Origin: Candidatus Levyibacteriota bacterium
Lineage (GTDB): Bacteria; Patescibacteriota; Microgenomatia; Levybacterales; UBA12049
NCBI GenBank assembly: GCA_003173895.1
Contig: PJMG01000021.1
Span: forward strand, 12,274-76,273
DNA: 64,000 nucleotides
Reading direction: 5' to 3'
The position numbers and the translations under genes are program-made. Position 1 is the first letter of the stretch. The number at the start of each line of letters is the position of its first letter. The notes beneath the pieces were generated by a model. That model did not search any database. It was given only the letters and a program-made list of their open reading frames with translations, and was not told where the DNA came from. Shown one piece after another: positions 57,807 to 64,000 of the stretch.

Positions 57807-57835
57807 TTGACACAAATTATTTTTTCCATTAACAT
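57807..57835 (+). promoter_or_regulatory. candidate promoter TTGACA-N17-TAACAT with TSS predicted at the ATG of the 57842 gene (leaderless)
   Basis: A consensus -35 sits at 57807-57812 with a 17-nt spacer. The -10 ends 6 nt before the ATG at 57842, and there is no Shine-Dalgarno sequence. Confidence 0.4.
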
Positions 57836-57841
57836 TTATAT

Positions 57842-59803
57842 ATGGACGAAATTCGAAAAATTACTCCTAATAATACTCCTTCGGATTTCGGCCAGAGTAA
57901 TACCAATAATTTTAAATCAATGAGAGGTAGAAATAAAAAATTAAGTCCACAGAAGAAAAAAATAATTACTATTTCTGCTATCGTATTAGCAGTAATTTTA
58001 TTATTTGGTATCTTTGGTATTTTACTACCTGCTCTATCTTTAGCTAAACAAGCTAAATTAGTAATGGCAGATGCTAAAGCAGCATATGCAGATATAAAAC
58101 AGCAAAATATAGATAAAGCAGGAACAGATTTAGCTCAAACTCAAACAGATTTAACAGTTCTTAAAACTAAATTATCTCATTTGGGTTATTTGAAATTTAC
58201 TCCTATTGCTAGTTGGTACTATAATGACGCTGTTCATTTAGTAAATGCAGGTGGATATGGACTCCAAGCCGGTCAAGTTTTAGTAAACGCACTTAAACCT
58301 TATGCTGATGTCTTAGGGTTAAATGGGGCAGGTAGTTTCGTAGGAGGGAGTGCAGATCAAAGAATCCAAACAGCTGTCGCTACACTTAGCAAAGTGACTC
58401 CACAAGTAGATAATATATCAGGTTTTATTTCTCAAGCTAGAAATGAATTAGATCAAGTAAATCCTAATCACTATCCTCCAATTGGTAAATTAAAATCGGT
58501 AAGAGATCAACTAGCCAGTGCTAAAACTGTAGCCGATGAAGCAGCTACATTTTTAGATCATGCTAAGCCATTAGTAAAAGTGTTACCTGATTTACTTGGT
58601 GGAAATAGTCCACAAAAATATTTAGTGCTTTTCCAAAATAACTATGAACTTAGACCAACACTTGGGTTTATCAGTGCATACTCTATAATTCGTTTAGATC
58701 AGGGTAAAATTATACCTGAGTCATCTACAGATATTTATACCTTAGATGCTACTGTTCCCGATAAACCAGTAGCACCTAGACCTATTCTAGATTATTTACC
58801 CAATGTAAATGTCTTAAACATTCGTGATTCTAATCTATCTCCTGATTTTGAAAATAATATGAAGCAGTTTAATGCTATGTATCAAACTGCAGGAGATTAC
58901 GTTCCAGTAGCAGGTACTATAGCTTTAGATACTAAACCATTCTTAGATGCTATTAGTGTTTTAGGAGGTGAAATTACAGTAGATGGTACGACATTTAGTA
59001 CTAAAATTAATCCTACCTGTGGATGTGCTGATGCTATTTATCAACTAGAGTTAAATACAGATTTACCCGTTAATTACGTTAAAACTAATAGAAAAGGGAT
59101 AATTGGAGATTTAATGATAGCTATTCTCACTAAAGCTTTATCTTCTTCTCCTAAAGTTTACTGGGGTCCATTATTCCAAGCTTTTATCACAGATACCAGT
59201 CAGAAACATATTCTATTTGACCTAAATAATTCTGATGCTCAGAGTAGTTTAGAAGCTCTAAATGCTGCAGGACAGATTAAATCATTTACAGGTGATTACT
59301 TCCACTTTAATGAATCTAATTTTGGAGGAGAAAAATCTAATCTATTCGTAACTGAAAATGTTTCTCAAAATTATAGCATTGCTAATGATGGAACTATTAC
59401 TAAGACTGTAACTATAAATTATAAAAATCCGTATCCGCCATCTGATTGCAGCCTAAAAGATATTAGTCTCTGTCTTAATGCTACTCTTCGTGATTGGTTT
59501 AGATTCTATGTTCCACAAGGTAGTATCTTGAAATCTTATCAAGGCAGTGAAGTTAAAATGACTTCTTATAATGAGCTTGGAAAAACAGTTTTTGAAGGGT
59601 TCTTAACAGTTCGACCTTTAGGTATAGCTCAATTAACAGTTACTTATACTTTACCATTTAAGTTGGCTGTAGGATCCACTTTACCTGTTCTGATCCAAAA
59701 ACAGCCTGGAACTGATGCTATTCCATATATTATTAATATAAATAATAAACAAGTTAATAGTTTTCCACTTATTGAGGACAAAAACTTAACTCTTAAACCT
59801 TAA
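57842..59803 (+). CDS. membrane-anchored large extracytoplasmic protein, DUF4012-like (hypothetical)
   Basis: 653 aa. A cytoplasmic basic N-terminus and one TM helix (IITISAIVLAVILLFGIFGILLP) are followed by a long Ala/Thr/Gln-rich ectodomain. It lies next to the priming glycosyltransferase. Confidence 0.4.
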   Translation: MDEIRKITPNNTPSDFGQSNTNNFKSMRGRNKKLSPQKKKIITISAIVLAVILLFGIFGILLPALSLAKQAKLVMADAKAAYADIKQQNIDKAGTDLAQTQTDLTVLKTKLSHLGYLKFTPIASWYYNDAVHLVNAGGYGLQAGQVLVNALKPYADVLGLNGAGSFVGGSADQRIQTAVATLSKVTPQVDNISGFISQARNELDQVNPNHYPPIGKLKSVRDQLASAKTVADEAATFLDHAKPLVKVLPDLLGGNSPQKYLVLFQNNYELRPTLGFISAYSIIRLDQGKIIPESSTDIYTLDATVPDKPVAPRPILDYLPNVNVLNIRDSNLSPDFENNMKQFNAMYQTAGDYVPVAGTIALDTKPFLDAISVLGGEITVDGTTFSTKINPTCGCADAIYQLELNTDLPVNYVKTNRKGIIGDLMIAILTKALSSSPKVYWGPLFQAFITDTSQKHILFDLNNSDAQSSLEALNAAGQIKSFTGDYFHFNESNFGGEKSNLFVTENVSQNYSIANDGTITKTVTINYKNPYPPSDCSLKDISLCLNATLRDWFRFYVPQGSILKSYQGSEVKMTSYNELGKTVFEGFLTVRPLGIAQLTVTYTLPFKLAVGSTLPVLIQKQPGTDAIPYIININNKQVNSFPLIEDKNLTLKP

Positions 59804-59808
59804 TTTTC

Positions 59809-60363
59809 ATGCGAAATTCTAAAACTTTAGGCATAATAATTAAACGTAAAAATTTCTTCGAAGCGGATAAATTATTAACTGTTTTAAGTCCTACTGATGG
59901 AAAAATTCAACTTAAAGCTAAAAGCGTCAGAAAAATTACCAGTCGAAGACTGGCGCATTTAGAATTATTAAATTTAGTTACATTTTCTATTTATAAAAAA
60001 AATAATAATACACCATTAGCCATTGATGCATATTCTTATCAAACTTATCCTCATATAAAATCTGATCTTATAAAATCTAATCTTAGTTACCATATTTGTG
60101 AAATAGTAGATAATTTAGTTCCAGCTGGAACGGAATCTAAAAACACTTTTTATTTAGTAAAAAAAGTTTTTGATGATTTAGAAACGGCTAAAGATCATTT
60201 TTATGCTATAGTTCATGATTTTGAGTTAAATTTATTAATATCCTTGGGTTTTTCAGCGCCCGAACAAAATTTAAAAGGTTCTAAAGCATCTCTTTTTATA
60301 GAAAATATTTTAGAAAGAAAACTAAAAGCACGGGAGATAATTAAGAAAATAAATTTTGATTGA
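59809..60363 (+). CDS. recO: RecO-like DNA repair protein (short form; OB-fold N-domain, no zinc finger)
   Basis: The N-terminal pattern FEADKLLTVLSPTDGKIQLKAKSVRKITSRRLAHLELLNL parallels E. coli RecO ([37 protein letters not shown]). The C-terminal LG[FY] motif is present but there are no CxxC pairs. Confidence 0.5.
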   Translation: MRNSKTLGIIIKRKNFFEADKLLTVLSPTDGKIQLKAKSVRKITSRRLAHLELLNLVTFSIYKKNNNTPLAIDAYSYQTYPHIKSDLIKSNLSYHICEIVDNLVPAGTESKNTFYLVKKVFDDLETAKDHFYAIVHDFELNLLISLGFSAPEQNLKGSKASLFIENILERKLKAREIIKKINFD

Positions 60364-60389
60364 CAGATAAGGTTTTTATGCAATATACT
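60360..60389 (+). promoter_or_regulatory. candidate promoter TTGACA-N18-TATACT for the T-box leader
   Basis: A perfect -35 at 60360-60365 overlaps the recO stop. The -10 TATACT is at 60384-60389. Confidence 0.4.
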
Positions 60390-60395
60390 TATCAT

Positions 60396-60505
60396 ATAGC
60401 GTTGATAAGCTTGGCAACTTGGAGCTATAAAAAAATTAAGAAGCAATTAGGGTGGAACCACGGGTTTAACTCGTCCCTACAGTTTATGTAGTGACGGGTT
60501 TTTTT
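60396..60505 (+). promoter_or_regulatory. glycine-specific T-box riboswitch leader (compact), with antiterminator/terminator switch
   Basis: AATTAGGGTGGAACCACGGG at 60445-60464 matches the T-box consensus AAUUAGGGUGGNACCGCGG. Its UGGA bulge would pair with the tRNA-Gly NCCA end (discriminator U). A candidate specifier hairpin AGCU-uGGCAacuugg-AGCU at 60408-60426 presents the Gly codon GGC followed by A. The downstream CCCUA can pair either with the T-box UAGGG (antiterminator) or in the terminator stem. Confidence 0.6.
60472..60505 (+). terminator. intrinsic terminator of the T-box leader (CGTCCCTACA-gttta-TGTAGTGACG + GG + T7)
   Basis: A 10-bp stem with one mismatch, a 5-nt loop and a run of seven T at 60499-60505 were read directly. 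Confidence 0.6.
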
Positions 60506-60598
60506 ATATTCAAAATTATAATATAAAAATAGTATATAATCCGCTATCAATTGCAGCATGAGCCGTGAACGAACAGTTCTGAAAAGGCGAATGCTAAA

Positions 60599-62014
60599 AT
60601 GAGGTGGATGTTCAATAATTTTATGAATGATAATAATTTACTTGAAAAAGTAGTAGCACTGGCTAAAAGAAGAGGATTTATTTTCCCAGGTTCAGAAATT
60701 TACGGTGGACTTGCTGGAACATGGGATTATGGTCCTATGGGAGTTGAATTTAAAAATAATCTTAAAAGATTATGGTGGAAAGATATTGTCTATCATCGAG
60801 ATGATATGGTGGGTATTGATGCTGCAATTATGATGAATCCAAAAGCATGGGAGGCCTCAGGACATGTAGAAGCATTTACAGATCCTCTAGTGGAATGTAA
60901 GGTTTGTCATAAAAGATTTCGAGCAGATCACATGTTTGAACTTTTAGAAGCAATCCATAGGAAATCTACTAGAGCTGGAGCTATAAGTTTAACTGATAAG
61001 CAAAAAGACATGTTACTTTGCGAAAAAAAACCGGGCGAGCATGAATTAAAAGATTTTACCGAGCCTAAAAACTTTAATCTTCTTGTTAAAGCATACTTAG
61101 GTATTATTGAAGGTCAGCAAAGTGAAATATTTCTTCGAGGAGAAATAACCAATGGAGTTCATGTTAATTTTAGAAATGTTGTTGATTCAACTCGTGTAAA
61201 GATTCCTTTTGGTATTGCACAGATGGGTAAAGCATTTAGAAATGAAATAACCCCTGGTAACTTTATATATCGTTCTCGCGAATTTGAACAAATGGAAACT
61301 CAATTTTATATAAAACCTAATGATGAAGAAGGAGAAAAATGGTTTGAATATTGGAAAAAAGATAGAATGGATTGGTATTTATCCTTAGGTATAAAACCAG
61401 ATAACATTAGATTTCGTGATCATGAGGATAAAGAAAGAGCACATTATGCGCGTTTAGCTACTGATATTGAATATAACACTCCTTGGGGTTGGCAAGAAAT
61501 TATGGGTATTCATCATAGAGGAGATTGGGATTTATCTAGACATGGAAAATTCAGTGGTAAAAATATGACCTATAAAGATTCTATAACAGGTGAAGAATTT
61601 ATCCCTTGGGATATTGAGACATCAGCAGGAGTGGATAGATCAATTCTTTTCTTACTATTTGATGCTTATACTGAGGATGAAAAGCGAGTTTATTTAAAAT
61701 TAAATCCTAAAATAGCTCCGATTAAAGCTGCTGTTTTTCCTTTATTAGGAAATAAGCCTGAATTAATTGATTTAGCTAAAAAAATTTATAGAGATTTGCA
61801 GGAAAAAATAGATGGAAAAATAGCTTGGGATGATCGGGGAAATATTGGTAAACGATATTTATATCAAGATGAAATTGGTACGCCATTTTGTATTACTGTA
61901 GATTTCCAAAGCTTGGAAGATCAGACAGTAACCGTCCGCGATCGCGATAGCATGAAACAAGAGAGAGTGAAAATTGAAGATCTATATTTAAAACTTCAAA
62001 AATATTTACTTTAA
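60599..62014 (+). CDS. glyS: glycyl-tRNA synthetase, dimeric alpha2 type (class II)
   Basis: Carries AKRRGFIFPGSEIYGGLAGTWDYGPMGVEFKNNLKRLWW (hallmark GlyRS N-terminus) and class II motifs; 471 aa. The start could be ATG 60599, 60608 or 60623. Confidence 0.9.
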   Translation: MRWMFNNFMNDNNLLEKVVALAKRRGFIFPGSEIYGGLAGTWDYGPMGVEFKNNLKRLWWKDIVYHRDDMVGIDAAIMMNPKAWEASGHVEAFTDPLVECKVCHKRFRADHMFELLEAIHRKSTRAGAISLTDKQKDMLLCEKKPGEHELKDFTEPKNFNLLVKAYLGIIEGQQSEIFLRGEITNGVHVNFRNVVDSTRVKIPFGIAQMGKAFRNEITPGNFIYRSREFEQMETQFYIKPNDEEGEKWFEYWKKDRMDWYLSLGIKPDNIRFRDHEDKERAHYARLATDIEYNTPWGWQEIMGIHHRGDWDLSRHGKFSGKNMTYKDSITGEEFIPWDIETSAGVDRSILFLLFDAYTEDEKRVYLKLNPKIAPIKAAVFPLLGNKPELIDLAKKIYRDLQEKIDGKIAWDDRGNIGKRYLYQDEIGTPFCITVDFQSLEDQTVTVRDRDSMKQERVKIEDLYLKLQKYLL

Positions 62015-62043
62015 TATAGCTAAGCAAGCTATAATAAAAACAT

Positions 62044-63573
62044 ATGCTAGAAAACGAAGTAAGCATATCTCCTGACTCCCCTAGATTTAATGATTTTGCT
62101 AAAGAATTTGAAAAACTTTTAGATAAATTACCAATCAGTGAACATGATAATTTACATGACGAATGTGCAGTCTTTGGTATTTATTTTAATGATAAAAATA
62201 AAAAAGCTGCACCTTATGTATTTAATGGATTATTTGCTTTACAGCATAGAGGTCAAGAAGGTTCTGGTATTAGTTCTAGTAATTCAGAACAGATATTTTC
62301 TGAAAAAGATGCTGGACTAGTAACTTCAGTATTTAATTCAAGGAGAATAGAAAAACTGCCCGGTCATATCGCTATTGGTCATGACAGGTATTCTACTAAC
62401 GGGGGCGCATTAGAACATCTACAGCCTGCTACTAGTGCAAAAAATAAAATTGCGGTCGCTCATAATGGGAATTTACCCGTTGTTATTGAACTAAAAAGAT
62501 TTTTAAATAATCATAATATTTCTATTGAGGGACTAAATGACTCAGAACTTATTCAGAGAGCGATTGAATACTATGTGGAACAGGGATTAAGTTTAGAAGA
62601 TGCTGTAACAGAAGCTTATCCACTTTTTACGGGTGCGTTTTCATTAGTTATTATGGATAATGAAAAGTTAATTGGCGTAAGAGATAATTTTGGAATACGC
62701 CCCCTAGTTCTAGGTGAATTTGAAGATAATAAAGGATTTGTTCTATCTTCAGAAACTTGTGCATTGGATAAAGTGGGAGCAAAATACTTAAGAAGCGTTA
62801 AAGCAGGTGAAATGGTAGTTATAGATAAGAATGGACTTGAGTCAAAACAACTTAGAGAAGGTCATGAACAATTAGATATCTTTGAAATCTTCTACTTTGC
62901 CAATCCTAGTAGTAAAATTGAAGGACGTTCTCCTTCGGACCTTCGTATAATTGAAGATCTACGATATAAAATAGGTAGACAGTTGGCAAAAGAAGTAAAT
63001 ATTAATGCTGATATAGTTATTGGTGTACCAAACTCAGCTATTCCAGCAGCTGAAGGTTTTGCAGATGAATCAGGAATGCATTTTACATCTAGAGGTCTTC
63101 TAAAAAGTTCTTATGCTCATAGAACTTTTATTTCACCTGATGAAAGAGGTAAGAAAGTTGAAATGAAATTTACTCCTATGGGGAATGTATTAGAGGGACT
63201 AAGTGTAGCGGTTATTGATGACTCTATAGTTAGGGGAACTACGTCTAAAGAGTTAGTACAAATGCTTAGAGATGCGGGAGCCAAAGAAGTCCATTTACTT
63301 TCTGCCGCCCCGATGATCAAATATCCTGATTTTTATGGGATTGATATGCCAGATCCAGAAGAGTTAATTGCATTTGGTAGATCACTTGAAGAAATAACAG
63401 AAATAATTGGGGCAGATAGTGTTCACTATTTATCCTTAGATGGATTATTTGAAGCTATAGATTTACCTAGAGATAGATTTACTATCTCTTGTTTTACAGG
63501 TAGATATCCTATATATATAGGTTATGAAAATAGCGAAAAAATTGGTCATTTTATTAGATCGAATGTTGCATAG
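62044..63573 (+). CDS. purF: amidophosphoribosyltransferase (Gn-AT class II + PRTase)
   Basis: The N-terminal nucleophile context is DECAVFGIYF. The type I PRTase motif is VAVIDDSIVRGTTSKELVQMLRDAGAKEVHLL; 509 aa. Cys is preceded by an unusually long 41-aa presequence from the only in-frame ATG. Confidence 0.85.
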   Translation: MLENEVSISPDSPRFNDFAKEFEKLLDKLPISEHDNLHDECAVFGIYFNDKNKKAAPYVFNGLFALQHRGQEGSGISSSNSEQIFSEKDAGLVTSVFNSRRIEKLPGHIAIGHDRYSTNGGALEHLQPATSAKNKIAVAHNGNLPVVIELKRFLNNHNISIEGLNDSELIQRAIEYYVEQGLSLEDAVTEAYPLFTGAFSLVIMDNEKLIGVRDNFGIRPLVLGEFEDNKGFVLSSETCALDKVGAKYLRSVKAGEMVVIDKNGLESKQLREGHEQLDIFEIFYFANPSSKIEGRSPSDLRIIEDLRYKIGRQLAKEVNINADIVIGVPNSAIPAAEGFADESGMHFTSRGLLKSSYAHRTFISPDERGKKVEMKFTPMGNVLEGLSVAVIDDSIVRGTTSKELVQMLRDAGAKEVHLLSAAPMIKYPDFYGIDMPDPEELIAFGRSLEEITEIIGADSVHYLSLDGLFEAIDLPRDRFTISCFTGRYPIYIGYENSEKIGHFIRSNVA

Positions 63574-63613
63574 ACTTTATTGACAAAGACAACCAATTTG
63601 TTATTATTTATTT

Positions 63614-64000
63614 ATGGATTTATTTAAAAATAAAAGAAATGTAATTATAGCCTCAATAGTAGGTGCTGTAGTTATAATTGGTTTAATAGTCGCCATATTT
63701 TTAGTTAATAAGAAATCTTCTTCTAATAATCAAACTGATCAAAATTCTAATTCAAATAATCAAGAACAAGTTTTCACTTTAAAGCCATCTGATATTGGTT
63801 TGTCTTTATCAGCTATAACTACTGGTAAATTTGCAGGCAATGGAGTAGAAATGACTATTTCTAAATTAGATGAAATAACAGCTATAGATTATGAACTTTC
63901 TTACACTTCTACAGGAAGTATTCCTAGAGGTGCTATAGGTCATATTGATGTTAAACCAACAGATACTACTATAGATCAGCAAATGGCTTTTGGAACATGC
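63614..64000 (+). CDS. membrane-anchored hypothetical protein, 3'-truncated by window edge
   Basis: ATG at 63614, then MDLFKNKRNVIIASIVGAVVIIGLIVAIFLVNKKSSSNNQTDQNSNSNNQ...: a TM anchor, a low-complexity linker and a soluble domain. The frame is open to the end of the window. Confidence 0.45.
   Translation, partial: MDLFKNKRNVIIASIVGAVVIIGLIVAIFLVNKKSSSNNQTDQNSNSNNQEQVFTLKPSDIGLSLSAITTGKFAGNGVEMTISKLDEITAIDYELSYTSTGSIPRGAIGHIDVKPTDTTIDQQMAFGTC

Noticed and set aside
1-64000. Alternative genetic code (UGA recoded to Gly, as in some CPR lineages).
   Set aside because: Long conserved ORFs terminate at TGA, including ATGA stop/start overlaps (e.g. 2081/2084, 8770/8773, 14553/14556), so TGA works as a stop. 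Translation table 11 fits.
1-64000. CRISPR arrays, tRNA/rRNA genes, transposases, integrases and phage genes.
   Set aside because: No short regularly spaced repeats, no cloverleaf-sized GC-rich intergenic islands (intergenic gaps are mostly under 120 bp and AT-rich), and no DDE/tyrosine-recombinase-like ORFs were seen. The only repeats are the ~86-bp diverged gene-end duplication and the short operator-like repeats reported above.

Overview
This window is AT-rich (~27% GC) and almost entirely coding, with a strong plus-strand bias. Its composition and content are typical of a small-genome candidate-phyla (CPR-like) bacterium using genetic code 11; TGA is used as a stop, including in ATGA stop/start overlaps. 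Nearly all of the window is one very large cell-envelope glycan / extracytoplasmic glycosylation supercluster, whose components are as follows. (i) About 13 polytopic GT-C-type membrane glycosyltransferases, including a tandem array of five ArnT/PMT_2-like paralogs at 1..7004 and a second family of three paralogs at 8770..13979. (ii) Three DPM1/GtrB/ArnC-like GT2 polyprenol-phosphate sugar synthases, plus further GT2 and GT4 enzymes. (iii) An initiating phosphoglycosyltransferase, a Wzx-like flippase and a Wzy/O-antigen-ligase-like fusion protein. (iv) A nucleotide-sugar module: galE, rfbF-like cytidylyltransferase, a UXS-like decarboxylase overlapping ugd, a manC-like gene, SDR epimerase/reductases, a C-methyltransferase, and a DegT-family enzyme with His in place of the Schiff-base Lys (a sugar 3-dehydratase signature). 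Embedded in the cluster is a segment at 33499..38138, bracketed by an ~86-bp diverged direct repeat. It carries apt, mtnN (pfs), an unusual tandemly duplicated LuxS-like gene, a sugar C-methyltransferase and a Gfo/Idh/MocA oxidoreductase. The 3' end of the window holds a RecO-like gene, a very compact glycine T-box leader with terminator/antiterminator upstream of glycyl-tRNA synthetase, purF, and a truncated membrane-anchored ORF. No tRNA/rRNA genes, CRISPR arrays, transposases or integrases were seen. Several genes sit directly behind consensus -35/-10 elements positioned for leaderless transcription.
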